The notes under the pieces were generated by a model that did no database searches, had not been told where the DNA came from, and saw only the letters and a list, made by a program, of their open reading frames with translations. A stretch of 64,000 bases of DNA from Marsupella aquatica (lineage: Eukaryota > Plantae > Marchantiophyta): positions 17,452,563 to 17,516,562 of the forward strand of contig OZ316894.1 of the NCBI GenBank assembly GCA_973895155.1. Reading direction: 5' to 3'. Shown here piece after piece: positions 49,198 to 62,836 of this stretch (position 1 is its first letter; each line of letters opens with the position of its first letter). The translations under genes and the position numbers were made by a program.

Positions 49198-50850
49198 ATG
49201 CCGAAGAAAATGGGGATAAACAGTAAATCGGAGGAGGCCAGGGGCCGGAAAGCCGCGATGGAGTCGGAACGGAAGGAGAAAGTGGAGAAAGAGAAGGTGG
49301 AGAAATTCTGGAGTGAAGCCGAAGGGCCGAAGTCCAAAGCCGTGAAGAAGAAGGAAGAGGACGCTGAGCGCAAGGCTGAAGCGGCGGCCAAGCGCGCAGA
49401 GGCGAAGAAGATTGCGGAAGAAGAGCAAGCGGAGCTGGACAAGTCGCTCAAACGGGTGGACAAGAAATCGGTCCGTGTAGGGGTCCCTGTACCCAAGGTT
49501 ACTGCTGCGCAGCTCGCGAAGTCTAAGGAGGAAGAGGCTCACCAGTTAGAGGCCACCAGACAAGCAGCAAAGCTTCGTGATAGTCGTACCGCAGATGAAA
49601 TAGAGTACGAGCGATTGGTAACGGTTGAGAATACGAACCGTGATGACACTGCGGTGGATGCCCGTTCAGTGGAGACTGCTTTAGCTCAAATGGAAATCGC
49701 TAGCGATATTGCCCCAGATCGCCATCCCGAAAGAAGGTTGAAGGCTTCGTTCAAGGTACGTTGGTGTTTTGGTTCTGTACGTCGTTATTATTGTCTCGGA
49801 ATGTAAGCTTCCGGGATTCCCTCTGCACAGTTTTCTTTTTCGCTAGCTCAATTCCCCTCGTTAGTTTTAGGGGTATAGGAGAAGTTTGTCAAAATGAAAT
49901 CCTCGCACGGACGTCGGTGTGTTTTTCCTGCATTTTCTATTCGGCACCTTCGAAAGTGTTAGTATGATGCATGGAAATAATTTTAATAGTTTGTATCTAT
50001 CCCGTGTCCTGTTTGAGGGTTTTCTCAAATTCTCAGTTGGTGCTTATGTTTCTATATGGACCGTGCGAAGATAGTTTTCAGCCAGCCCACATGTTTGATC
50101 ATCCAAGTAGACCCTTTGGACATTCTAGGTTTGGTTCGGACTCTGCTTTTGAGGGATTTGCGGTGGGTTTCACGTTGTAGACAATGTCACTCACAGGCTC
50201 CGGGCAATTTAACAGGTTAGTAGGAGGAAGTTTGGACGGAGTACTGTCAAGATAGGCAGTAAAACCTAAGTCTGAAATTGATTTTTCTGAAGATGCTTTT
50301 CCCCAACCAGTATTAACTTCTAGTTGAGGTGTTATCCGAAAAACTGGTGGGGGTGAATCCTTTAAATGAAGTGAGCTTTGTGTTGATCAGTCTTGGGAGG
50401 AGGTAATTGATCGGGTAAATATTTTCTCACCTCGGAAAATCATGGACCGTATCCATATCTTTAGTCTAGGCATGAGTACCAAGATTATTCTGAGCGAAAC
50501 TTTATTTGCACCTCAGTTATCATCAGGAAAAGACCCTCGAAGACGCAGGTGTTATAAACTTTTTCTTTATCCGAGAAGACTTTCATTCTCTGTCGAACGA
50601 AACGGGTGGTGAGCCGGGATTTGAAAAACAGTGATGTATTGCACTTTAGAACGCGCAAGTCATATATCTGGACGACAATTTTCTCAGTCTATCGTCTGTT
50701 TATCATGTTTTGCAGGTATTTGAGGATAGTGAACTGCAACGGCTGAAGGAAGAGAAACCAGGGTTGACCCGTACCCAATACAAGGACATGATATGGAAAA
50801 ATTGGAAGAAGTCTCCAGACAACCCTCTTAACCAACTTACATCAGCCTAA
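49198..50850 (+). CDS. CCDC124: Coiled-coil domain-containing protein 124 (Lso2/Oxs1 homolog; ribosome-associated), 230 aa, 2 exons
   Basis: Exons 49198-49755 and 50716-50850. Starts MPKKMGINSKSEEARGRKA; the C-terminal domain reads DRHPERRLKASFK|VFEDSELQRLKEEKPGLTRTQYKDMIWKNWKKSPDNPLNQ. Confidence 0.95.
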
Positions 50851-51715
50851 CCAGCATGAAGGCATGTGGATATTCTTTGTTGTTCGTTGAGTGTCACGGC
50901 CCTTCTCTGACGGCCTAAAATCACATTTCTCCTATTCACCTCCAGATGACAAGAGCTACTGCTTGAATCTTTCACAGTTCGATCTAGGAGTGTGTTCGGA
51001 TTAAGGAGGACAAAGATTGCAGCACTGCTATGTTCACATATCTCACCTTGTCCTTTCCTTGCGCACGTTAAAATTGGTTCATTAATTATAGGAGCTCAGT
51101 CGGACAATTTGTAGAATCAGATGTTGGAACGCCCTTCATTGAGAGAAGTTCCTAGACCTCGGAGGTGGCTCGAGAATTGCAAAAGAAATTGGCAGAGACC
51201 AGAGTGGCTCCTATGTACAACTTTTTCGGCTGCTGAGCTTCATCTTCCTTTCCTGCCAGATTCCGAAACACACGGTTTACGTTCCTACTCCCTGCGGGAA
51301 CTGTGGATATTGTAATGTGTGACTTGAGGGTTGGGGATACATTCCTAAGGCCCTTCCAGTTTGTCGTTTGTATATCATTATTTACGTAATTGATGACCTT
51401 TAATCTAGAAACAGCTCTAGAAGTTCAAGAAAAGGATAAACAGAGTTGTTGTTGTCTTATCTGAGGCTGGGATAGAGATGCTGTATAAATTGTGTTGTAT
51501 CTGATGAAAGTTCATCTAGATGTTGTTTTGCGTGCGGAATTGTAGACAAATTGGAATACATCATTCTGTCTTTGGTCGACAATATACTCCCTCTGGCATT
51601 GTGGATGGTGAGGCGGAGGGAATTAACGAAGGGCGCAGCAGGTGCGTTGCCTCCAAAAATAATGGAACAGCGTCCACGAGTGGCTATTAAGCTAGTCTAC
51701 CAACATAGGGTAAGG

Positions 51716-51961
51716 CTAGGGTAATACTGCCTCAAGCTGGTTGGAATTACGTTTGCTTTGGGAGTGGGGTTCTTCGAAGGTACATGTAAAGGGAATTGGA
51801 TCCCTGCCCTTACTCTGTTTCCTATCGGAAGGGCAAGAGAAACACCTAACATCACAACAGAAGTATATACGGCTTTCAATCACATCGAAGTCAGTTTCAA
51901 GGACAATCTTTCTTGCCGGTCAAAGAATTGTCAATCCAACTGTAAGGTCCTCAACTCGAAG
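51716..51961 (-). pseudogene. Degenerate RNase H-like (RVT_3-type, retroelement-derived) fragment
   Basis: The minus frame reads LRVEDLTVGLTIL*PARKIVLETDFDVIESRI...HSQSKRNSNQLEAVL. This resembles the E..AL..GL.......RKVIVETDS..V...H..RE.NQ.AD.LA pattern of plant RNase H-like domains. There is an internal stop. Confidence 0.35.
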
Positions 51962-53420
51962 CCCAGCATGACTCCTCGTGAAGGCCACTCCACAAGATGT
52001 AGTAGATATATTAAGCTCTTTGAAGCATTTCGCTGATTTCGGCCGAAGGAGTAATATGTGGTCATGCAATCGTCTGTTTTGGATACAAGTCACAGCTTAA
52101 AAGGATTTGGCAAACTTGAAATCCATGACAGAAGAGTAGTAAAAGGGCTTATACGAAACGTGATTTGCTGTGGGCTCATGCGCTAGGAATTCTCCAGAGG
52201 TCTGCACGTGAACAACAGTTCGCTAGGTTCATCAGCCATGTTCCATTGAAATGGAAGCATCTGTCAATGTACGAGTAGTTCACTGAAGATAGAAAAATGG
52301 AAGCATTTGTCAATGTACAAGAGTTAGTTCACTGAAGATAGAAAACAAGAGTCAGGGTAGACATACAGAAGGACTTCAATGGAGGGAGAAAACATGGACC
52401 ACAAAAGATGAGAACTTGGAACAAAGGATCTTCATTTGCTGGCTTGACTTACACCAAAACTGCCCATATGTAAGTGGGGGAGCGTCCAAAACTTCTCTCC
52501 CCTTTATCTCATGCCATTCACTTCTCACCTCTAAGGTGCCAGTTTCTCCACGGCTTTGAGAAAAATATACTGTCAATAGTGAAGGCCCGAATTCACCAAA
52601 ATCGGTTAATGTTGCTAAAGTACAAATTGTTTATTTAAATCCATTGAATGGCTGAATAATGTTATTATAAACTTCCATTTTAGCATTTCTGGAATTGTAA
52701 AATTCCTCACTTGTATCTACACAAGGGTTGCCGGGTTGTTTGGGTTGGCACAGCTGGGAGTGTCCTGATGGCAGCCGTGGTTGGGGAGCATGGTGTGGAG
52801 GTGTGCAAAGTTTAGCCCATGATTGTTTGGCTGCAGTGGGTAGTTTGATGACACCAGTAGCAATACTCTAAGAAACTCAGGGAGTTGATGAGTAGCCAAT
52901 TTGCTTTCGTGAAAAAAGTCTCAACTGCCCCTGACTTCTTTTAAAGCCACCATGAGTTTCTTAGGGGCGTCAGTGGAGAGCAGTTTAGGGCACTTCTGAC
53001 TATCCTCCAAATTCCATCCTTCAGGTTCATGGATTATTCATGACTATATTTGAAGCCACAATATGGCTTATGATCTTGGTCAACAATTTATGTTTGACTT
53101 TCATCAGACTGTTTTGATGAGGGTCATCAGAAACTTTTTCCATTTTCCTTCAAATTTGTTTAGTAAGTAGGTCCCCAAGCAAAAAACACTCACCCCAAGT
53201 AGACTTAAGGCGGTAAAGATTATGGCTAAAACCCTCCTTTGATGCAGCTGAGTAATACTTACATACCCAGTAGCACAGAAAAACCATGATGAAAACCTAA
53301 AAATAATAACTGATTAACTTAGAGTTTCATCAGTTTAGAGTGACACTGTCACGGTTGACCATCAACATTTGATCCCATCTGTGGATAAACAAAATCAGAC
53401 TGCTACACTTACTTCTCTTT

Positions 53421-53562
53421 CTACTTATATACACAATTATAAGTAATCACTAAGTTACTAAGGGGTTTGGGACCCTGTCACAAGGGCAGTGCTACTTATA
53501 TACACAATTATAAGTAATCACTAAGTTACTAAGGGGTTTGGGACCCTGTCACAAGGGCAGTG
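53421..53562 (+). repeat. Perfect 71-bp tandem duplication
   Basis: CTACTTATATACACAATTATAAGTAATCACTAAGTTACTAAGGGGTTTGGGACCCTGTCACAAGGGCAGTG at 53421-53491 and 53492-53562. Confidence 0.95.
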
Positions 53563-53839
53563 CAGAACAAAGTGAAATAGTAACTGTAGTGGGACTGAAA
53601 ACCCTATCTTGAATCCCATGGTAGGGAGAGAAGTGGGGAATGAAGGTAAAGCCCAACAATAGAAAATACAAAGGAGAAGTTAGTTCTCTCTTCTTGTGAC
53701 CTCTTTATTGACTGAACTTAGTGAATTCAATAGTTGTGAGAGTAAGATCAAATCCTCTTAATCTCCAGTCAATCCTCCCATTGTACTTGCAAGTACAGTC
53801 CCTGGTCCAATGGAGTCTTTCTCTGTACTAGTCTCTGGT

Positions 53840-54250
53840 CCAGTGTCTCTCTATACTAGCCCCTGCCCCATAGTACTCACATGTGCCCACACAGTGCTAC
53901 CCCATAGTACTCTGTTCCATGCCATACACTTACACAGTGTCTTTCTTTATATTTACTGGCCCTTGCCCCATAATACTCACATGTTCCCACACAATGCTAC
54001 TCCATAGTACTATGTTCCATGCCATACAGTGTCTTTCTTTATACTAGCCCCTGCCCCATAGTGCTCAAATGTGCCACGCAATGCTACCCCATAGTACTCC
54101 CATGTTCCATGCAATACAATTACACTGTCTCTCTCTATACTAGCCCTTGCACCATAGTCCTCACATTTGCCACCCAATGCTACCCCATAGTGTTCCCAAG
54201 TTCCATGCACATTACACTTATACAGTGCTTGTAGGGCCCTTAGTACTCAC
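53840..54250 (+). repeat. ~90-95 bp minisatellite, about 4 units
   Basis: Repeated unit CAGTGTCT.TCT.TATACTAGCCCCTGCCCCATAGTACTCACATGTGCC.AC.CAATGCTACCCCATAGTACT..GTTCCATGC.ATACA. Confidence 0.9.
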
Positions 54251-54469
54251 ATGAAAACAAGTATACTTGGCAAAATTGGCCCCTCCCCTTGGTACTCACA
54301 TGAATTGAGTACACTCCATGAAAACAAGTATTCTGGGCAAAATTGAGTGTTTCTTAGTTGAATAACAACGGGTTGGAGGCCAAACTACTTGAGCAAAGTA
54401 TTTGGGCTGGGGTAGTATGGTTTAGGGATGCATATAAGAGGGGACCATCATTGATGAGGGACCACTATA

Positions 54470-54715
54470 TATGCCATCATCTTTTACACAACATCGTTTT
54501 TGGCCCAATGAAATCTTTTGCATGTGCAAACAACATCTTTTATATATGAATGACATATTTTGCGCAATGACATCTTTTACACAACATCTTTCATGCAACG
54601 ATACCTTTCCTGCCCCGTTTCCCACAAATGATATATTTCACACAACGATACCTTCTCCAAAAATGACATCTCTGACATTACAACATCTTTTGGGCAACAA
54701 AATCTTTGTGCAACG
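54470..54715 (+). repeat. Low-complexity array of (GA)CATCTTTT..ACAAC units
   Basis: Recurring ACATCTTTT / ACACAAC motifs. Confidence 0.6.
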
Positions 54716-55359
54716 CACAAGTATTGAGCTAGTGTTGCAATAACTCATTTGAAACATGTATCTGATCCATCTTGAGTGTCTTTGTCAAAAGGAACCGCTA
54801 GATCTGGCAGTTAACCCATTGGCCAAATAAGTTTTTGGTGAAATTACAGTCAGGAATTTTTATGGGTCTTACATTGTTGCCAGACAGTATTTCAGGTAAG
54901 AATTTGGCAAAACATTGCCAAAATTAATCCGTGGACCCCCATGCCAGCCCCCATGTTAGTTTAGAGGCAGCTATCTAGAAACTGAAGCCTAGATGGACCT
55001 CCAAATCTAAAGAAAAAAATTTCAAAAATGGACAAGTCAATGTTTGAAACTTGAAACAGTTGCCTACTTGGCAACCATAATTAGCATCAATCGCAAAACC
55101 AACTGCAATGTGAAAAAACTGTTTAATGTGTGGGTAGCTTAATTGCTTACTTCAGCAAAACGGTGCTCGACGGTTTCCTCCAAGTACCGAAGGGATGCAC
55201 TCAAGTTGCATCGAAAGTAATCACTTTTCAATTCCTACACGCAGATAGACGAAGAGAGAGAAGTCATCAAATCACTAACTTTGCATAATAGTTGAAGTCA
55301 GACAAAAAGTTTCATGGAAACAAATCTCCAATTGTGGAATTTGCATGGAATCGATCGAA

Positions 55360-55570
55360 AGCTAGAGAAATTTAGAAACTCATGACCACTTTAGGACTTG
55401 ATAAAATCTCCCAATGTTACACACTCATTGGAAAGCCAGAGAACATTGGAAACTTATAATCTCCTAAGAACTCAACTAAATCTATCAATGTTAAGTTCAT
55501 TAAACAGCTAAAGAAATTATAAAATTAAGAATCTATTATAGTACTTGATAAAATTTGTCAATTTTAGGTT
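55360..55570 (-). repeat. Inverted relative of the 8690-9080 minisatellite
   Basis: AAAGCTAGAGAAATT..AAACTCATGA...ACTTGATAAAATCT..CAATGTTA...CTCATTGG units are the reverse complement of the 8.7-9.1 kb units. Confidence 0.65.
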
Positions 55571-56367
55571 CATTCTCATGGAAGGGGTCAACATTTCAAG
55601 GGTTGTACAACAAAGATTTCTATTCACGTTAGAGATTATGAAATCACGGGTAAATCTATTTTTCAAATTACTTACTCAATAATTACCAAATGACAACAAT
55701 GCTGAGTTCATCAGGACTGTCTCTTCAAGATCTTTCTAACGCCATATTATACGTGAGTTTTCATTATGATTTGACTCAGCAATGTCAAATCAAAAATTGC
55801 TACCGAGAAAATTTCATGTTTTGAATAAAATCAAAATGTAAATAAAGCCGTTACTGGGGACAGTTTTACCTCAATCTTTTTGTCTTTTTATTTGTATGTC
55901 AATTTTTTTACATTATTTTTTACGGCATGGCATCCAAGTTTTTACAGCAAACTTGCCACAAACACGAATGCAAAAGTTTATTTTATCCAAAAACAAGTCT
56001 CTTCATGTTTGCAGCGTGCCATGATGATGTTTTTCCAGTTTTTTTTCTGCTACCTTGCAAGGACATGTGTTTGCTATGTATTTTAACCAAGACATACTTT
56101 TCCATACCAGTTCCCCCATGTAAAATAGTGTTGGCTGTCACTTTTGGATTTTACACTATTGTAAAATAAATGAGGTCATGGCAAATTACACAATAAATGG
56201 GTCTATGGAAAATTGGCTAATGGAAGATGTATAGTCTCAACAAAATTTTGCCAAAAGTGGCCAAGATTTTTTGAGAGAGGAAATTAACCAATTTTCACCG
56301 CGACAGAAAAAGCGGGCAAGTACCTGAAAGGGCCATTTGGTATGCTCTTCACAGTTGGTCGCCCTAT

Positions 56368-56782
56368 CTATCTAAAGGACAGTACGCATCTTCAATGACC
56401 ATGTTAAACCAGAACTGCACCTATAAAGAGCTGGTTGCTCTTTCTATCTAAAGGACAGTAGGCGTCTTCAATCACCATATTGAACCACAACTGCACCTAT
56501 GGAGAACTATACACAATCCACCATATTAAACCACAATTGTATCTATGGAGAACTACTCCCTAGCAGGTTATCGGTAACTCTCATTATAAAGTACCGAGGT
56601 TCATGAATCATTATAAAGTGCAGAGTTTCATGAATGGGCTCCACGGTATTAAACCACAAGTGCACCTATAGAGACTATACACAATCCACCATATTAAACC
56701 ACAATTGTATATATGGAGAACTACTCCCTAGCAGGTTATCGGTAACTCTCTCATTATAAAGTGCAGAGGTTCATGAATGGGG
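56368..56782 (+). repeat. Nested tandem duplications
   Basis: CTATCTAAAGGACAGTA.GC.TCTTCAAT.ACCAT.TT.AACCA.AACTGCACCTAT occurs twice. ACTATACACAATCCACCATATTAAACCACAATTGTAT.TATGGAGAACTACTCCCTAGCAGGTTATCGGTAACTCTCATTATAAAGT also occurs twice. Confidence 0.85.
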
Positions 56783-59279
56783 CTTAGAGCTCCACAAAAG
56801 GTGGTGAGTGCTCCACTTCGACACCCTTCACCACACGAGTAGTGAGGGAGGGTAATAAGGGATGGGGCTTCCTTGTGTGGTTTAATAATTTGCTTCTATG
56901 CGGGTCATGATTCTTCATGCGGGTCCGATGTTCCCAATCCTCCTTGCGATTGACTCTGGCACAAGACGGCAATCATCGTGGCGTCAGCGCCCGTTTTGGC
57001 ACCAATCCCGCTCGGAAAACTTGTCCCACCATTAAGTCTGTTTTGGACTTCTCTCTGTCTTTTCTTGCCGAGATTCAATCGCGCTCCGCAATACTCTACT
57101 TTTTCCTTTTTATCTGGAACGAATTCAACTTCAGAACCACACGAAACGAAGAGCAGGACCACGCGAAGTGGGCGGTCGAGACACAGTCATCCGGGACCGT
57201 CTACAAAATAGACCGGTGATCTGATCTGGTCTCCATTTCACACCTTCGGCAGTGCCGCCTGCCTGCCTGGGAATGATTCTAGAACTTCGGCTGCTTCAGT
57301 TCAACATTAATGGTGGGAAATGAATCAAGCAAGCCAGTCCTTGCGTTTTGCTTGGGAGGGGGAAGGAGTCTAGCAGATAGTGAGAACTTACACCCAACGT
57401 TTTTTCTCGTGGCAAAAACTCGCCAAATTCCACTTCACGGAAAAATCTTCACCACTTTTCGCGAAATTTCGTCGCGTTTTCTCTCTTAGATTAGGCAGTT
57501 TCCCACCTAGCAGCAGACCCCATGCACTAGAATCTGGCGGTTATACTTAAGTCTTCGGAGATTCAACTGTCAAATTTTAACCTAGGAGAATTAGGTGAGT
57601 AATATTTTGTAGCAACTTCTCCTTCACTCAAGCAGATATTGGCCACCCTGCTTCCAGTGCCAGAGCCGATTCATCAATCATCGCCTTCCACCGTTGCAAG
57701 CATTCGCCCGGGTGGGAAAGATTTCCGGAAAGACTTGGCAAACACCACGAAGGGAACAAAATGAAAAGTCAACTCTGGTAACCAAAAGTTAGAGGTGAGA
57801 ACTGAGAACTGATTCGTTGAATGGAATTCACTGCAATTTTAAGGCGGACAAAATAAAAGTAAGAATTGACTGGACAGACTGTGGTGCAGGGCCGTCAATC
57901 CGCGCGAACCGATTGCCAGACGTCAGCTTTTGATGTCGTTGGACTCTTTCTTGCAAACGTCTTTGGGCTTGACCGTAAACTAATAAGTATCAACGTCGAT
58001 CGAGCCCTGACATGGAGTTCACATGGGCTACTGTACTAGAGAAGGTCCAACAAAGTAGAGGAAATAGTCGAATTGAAGACTGATTAAACCATGGGGCGGC
58101 TGTTTGTTTAGTGCAAATGGGTTTATATTATTATTGTGCCATCGCGAGACGCGTTCCTTTTATCGCAATGCTTTCACTCGACCACGAAATTTGAGGTGCG
58201 TCTTGGACCACATCATTACACTAGCTCCTGGTACGCTAACGGCCTGAGAAAAGTGCTACCAGGTAGGTGGTAGGAGGAAGGAAGTTTGTTTTTTTGGCCT
58301 CGAAAAAACTAATTGAATTCCATTCGAAAAAGTCAGCATACAACGCGGGGGGCCCAAAAGCAGGACCGACCCTAAGGGACCAAAGGTCGAGAGAGCCGAG
58401 GCCAGAAAAGGCCAGAACCGGAGAAGGATCAGAGCCTCAAGACGAGGCAGTAACCAAACCAGAAGTTTAAGAAAACTACAGAAGGAGGAAGGAAGCTTTA
58501 GAAACGAAAATAATGTTCTTTTTCAGATTTTTCTATCTTGTGGGGTCTACTTTGGCTTATTATGGACTGTTCTGATTGGGTAACGCTATTGGGTTCCGAA
58601 TCGGATCAAGATCGTGCTTTGCAAAAGTGTCTGGAAGGAAGGGCTAGGTAGTGCGCAACTGCGCATGATAGACCCGTGGAAAGCGGGGTGGAAAGTCTGA
58701 TCATCGAGCGCTTCTCTGTCGGCTGGAAATCGGCATATGCTAGATTGGTCTGCGTGCTGTTCAGAATTACTGGGAAGTCCGAACTCTCATCGCGATGCTT
58801 GATCCAGGAGAGTGATATCCCATTATAAATTTCCTTAGGCAGCCTTCATCGATGCAATGGATAAGTTTTGGACGGGCTGAGCATTATAATCAGTGTCAAC
58901 GTTTATCGGACCTGGCTTCTGGTTTAAAGCAGAAGATCCGGTCTAAAGCAAACGATCCGGTCTAAACATATCTCGTGGCCAAAATGCTATGCAGCAGTTC
59001 GTACCTTGTTCGTCCGTTGTGGTACACTTCCGTTGTAGTTACATGAGTACCACGCTTGCTGCCTTGAATTGTGGGCAGGGGTTAGGGGTCCGCGTGATGC
59101 TGCTCTGTTGCCTCGGTCGACTTCTTGTTTGTGTGGTCTTCGAGTAAAGAGCACGTACAATCTTCTTAGTTTCACGGTCTCAAATCATATCTCGCAGAAT
59201 TCAAGCCAGGGTGTTCGAGCTTACGAAACAGAAAACCTTTTCTCCGCGGTTGAATTTTGATCAGCGCTAGTGCTCCGAA

Positions 59280-61184
59280 ATGGGGATGGGTCCGGTTCTA
59301 CCGTTCATCAGTTGGGTCTGGTTTAGGATGAAGTGGATAGAGATGAAGTACAGACGTGCCGGCCTTGAGTCGAAGCTCATTGAACTAGATGACGGTGTCA
59401 CAACCATGCACTGCTGGGTTCCGAAAGAAGATCGCTCCCTTGACAAAAAACAGAGACCTGCGATCCTATTTTTGCAAGGGTTTGGGATGAATGGTACTGT
59501 AGGATGGGAGCTGCAGGTACCTACGTTCGCCGAGAACTTCGATGTCTACGTGCCAGATCTCCTCTTCTTCGGGAAGTCTTTCACGACTGACACGGAACGA
59601 TCAGAGCAATTCCAGGGCGACTGTCTCAAGAAGATGTTGGACAGTCTCAACGTTGGTAAGGTGCACGTCGTTGGGACCAGCTATGGTGGAATGATTGCGT
59701 ACTACATGGCTCACAAGTATCCTAAGCTCGTGGACAAATTAGTGGTCGCCAGCTCCGGTGTCATGATGAACCCGACCACGAACGATCGGCTACTGGAGGT
59801 GGCCAGCGTGAGCAGCATCAGCGAGTTGCTTGTACCGAAGGATGTGAAGATGATGAAAAAGGGTATGGGAATTGCTTCTATTTGGCGAACATGGATGATT
59901 CCCAACTTCGTGCTCCAAGATTTGTTCGACGTGAGTACCAATTTGAACTCCTTTCCTCGATTTGATTTTACCCGTGACATCTTTGCCTGAAATATATTGA
60001 CCGTTTCCCAAAGTCCTTGGACCGAGCTAGACACTTTCGAATCACGCCAGACTCCATCGCAGTACAAGTAATTTCACAGCACCTTGGCGGGGTCCTAGTG
60101 TTTACCTTCAAAAAGTGAAATAAAGATGGCTCAAGCGTATCTGAAGTGGTCCCGTTTTCATATCTCATAGGTTTCCATGATTTTGATGTTTCCACCGTTG
60201 ATTGTTTTGCTGTGATTGCTGAGGGATGTGCTGTTCCATCATTTTCTCGGGCTGATAATCGATTCGGGAGTTATATCAAAAAACGCAATTGTGCCTGCGC
60301 AATTTACTTTTGGTGTTGAAAATCCTGTACTGCGGTTCCTGCTTCGTTGATTACCGGATGGAGCAAGAGCGTCACTTAATGTAAGTAGACACGTTCTGAG
60401 TTTAGAAACTGAGCTCGCCGGTACTGACAATGTTTTACGCCATTCTCAATTTCCCTCAAGTGGTTCAACACGGAGAACACGGTTCAACGAGAGGAGCTTC
60501 TCGGAGGCATGATTACCGGGTCGAAAGGTGCTCCGCCCGTTCCTACTGTGTCACAGGTAAACTGCCAAACTTCTTGGTTTCCGAATTAGTCAGTTTCCGA
60601 ATTAGTCAGTTCGCCATCTTTTCTTGCTTTGCACGCTACATCTCATCTGAAGAGGTAGGATCACTTCTTTTCTGGTAGGACGAGTGGCTGTCTACCTAGA
60701 TGCTTTGCTTAGTCCAGTGCCTAGCAGTCCACATCGGTGTAAGTCCAGTGCCTAGCAGTCCACATCGGTGTAAATCCAATCGGTGCAGTAAACAGTGTGA
60801 TTGAAGAAGCCTCAAAAGATTGGCACTGAACGCGCACGTGATTCGTACCTGTGCAGGATGTATTGATCTTATGGGGGACCAAAGATCAAATTTTCTCGCC
60901 GAAACTTGCCGAGCAACTAAAGGGGTGAGCAATTGACTGTTCCCGTCGTGGGTGGCAATAGTCCAGAAATCAATGATTTTCTCCAAATTCTGCGCAGTAG
61001 CCAGTGAATGCTCCAGGGGGATTCGTGACTGTAGGGTTGATGTTTGCAATAATTCGATCCTTCGTGATGCAGGCATTTGGGAGATAAAGCAACTTTAATC
61101 TACGTCAAGGGCTGTGGGCACGTGCCCCAAGTGGAAAAGCCTAAAGTGTACAACTCACACATTCTGGAATTCTTATCAACGTGA
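59280..61184 (+). CDS. Alpha/beta-hydrolase fold protein (plant ABHD6/lipase-like group), 308 aa, 4 exons
   Basis: Exons 59280-59930, 60461-60556, 60857-60924, 61073-61184 (927 nt, phases consistent). Motifs are TTMHCWVP, LQGFG and VYVPDLLFFGKS. The catalytic triad is the nucleophile in GTSYGG, the acid in LILWGTKDQIF and the His in GCGHVPQVEKP. Confidence 0.93.
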
Positions 61185-62499
61185 AGTACATGTCGACCGA
61201 CCTAGACTACGATCTTCGACCTAGAGCCGGTCCTACAACACCGTCAAGCGGATCCTCGGCAGGTCGTCAGTTGCGATCTCTCGTATGCATTTATGGAAGC
61301 ATCGACCATGGGCCGTGAACTTTTGTGATGACGCCATGAAATCAAATGTAGGATACCTTCTTGAAAGCTTCGCGCTTGACGGCAAGCGAGACAGTGGTAT
61401 CAAAGCGGGGTCCTGGACAACATCGTTATTACATATGGCGTTGATGACTTTGGACACCATACGCAACTTGGAAATGAGGGTATCCACCGACTTCGGCTGC
61501 TGCGCGCTCCAAATTGGCCGTGTCAAATTCGACCCACTCAATCGACCAGTTTCGTGCTACATACATACAGAAGCCCATCGATCGGTGCGCTGTTGGAGCA
61601 CAAGGTCGTGCCGTCTTACCTGTGAACTTGACACTGATTGCCGATCGAATTTCTTCAGCGTGCTGTGTCTGAACCACAATCAGCTTCTGCTTCACTCAAC
61701 TTTGAGCTGCCAGGCAGTTTGATGCAAGACATTTTGAAAGCTGCTGATGTGTTTCTACAGGATTCATAGATGAAATTGTCCAGGGCAAGAAAGTGAAGCA
61801 TGTGAGTTCTTGCTTAAATTGACTGGTCTAGATTCTAGAATCCAGTTACTGGAGGAAGTAGCTAGGACCCATTATTTGGCAAACCTGAATCACCAATCTT
61901 GAAGGCTTGTATCATATCATGGGGGCATAATTCTTTGGGGCATAACTTGTAGGGGCAAATATTTTTTCTTTGGAACAGGAGGGGCATCAGGGTCGTAGTA
62001 TGCAAATTGCAGTATAAATTTCAACACCACAATAGGAAGGGTCGGTATAGAGGACCTAAGTTGTGCTTATTTAAAATATGGTCAAGTTTATTGACGAAAT
62101 ACTGCTTACCACAGCAAGATTTACAAGGGCTTGAGACTGGACTAGTGTAGCTTTCCAACTGTCATTCATACAAAACAATCTATCTGTGAACTTTCTCTTA
62201 TATTGAGAGGTGAGGAGGAATCTGGAGTTCCTTTGCATACCTGGTCCCATGGAAGAAATTTGAATGTCCCCCATCCAAGGCCCCACCAGGCCAGGTGAAA
62301 TAGGGGCCCTTGGTTATGAGCTATGACCTCATGATCAAAATTTGCAACATACAGATGACTAACATGAATTAGGACAAGTTGAGAATAGTTGATTAAATTG
62401 TGCAATGTTTGGCAATTTATTGTGGGTATTGGCGTGTATGCCTGAGCTTTGCTCATGAATTGATGATGATTCCTCATAATAGATGGTGAATACCATGAT

Positions 62500-62836
62500 G
62501 AGTCTTTCCATTTCCATCGCAACTATAGTTGTGCCCCTATAATCATAGTCTAAAGGTTTCCTAGCTTCAATCCCTTTATTAGATTGATTGTCACTCTTGA
62601 TTTAGTTGAAACATAAGTGACAATGTGTACACAAGAGCCATTCTTTGAGCACCTTTGTCATTTTTTTGGAGTTAATTGGTCTTTCCAATTCCACCGCAAC
62701 CATAGTTGTGCCCCCCATAATCCTAGTCTAAAGGATTTCCTAGCTTTGAAGGCCTTTATTAGATAGATTGTCACTCTTGATTTAGTTGAAATATAAGTGA
62801 CAACTTGTACACAGTGAGCCATTCTTTGAGCATCTT
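62500..62836 (+). repeat. ~178-bp tandem duplication
   Basis: GTCTTTCCA.TTCCA.CGCAAC.ATAGTTGTGCCCC.ATAATC.TAGTCTAAAGG.TTTCCTAGCTT...CCTTTATTAGAT.GATTGTCACTCTTGATTTAGTTGAAA.ATAAGTGACAA...GAGCCATTCTTTGAGCA.CTTT occurs twice. Confidence 0.9.

Noticed and set aside
53840-54250. Repeat arrays resembling CRISPR (also 3966-4335, 56368-56782)
   Set aside because: Whole units are repeated with no unique spacers, there are no cas genes, and the context is eukaryotic.
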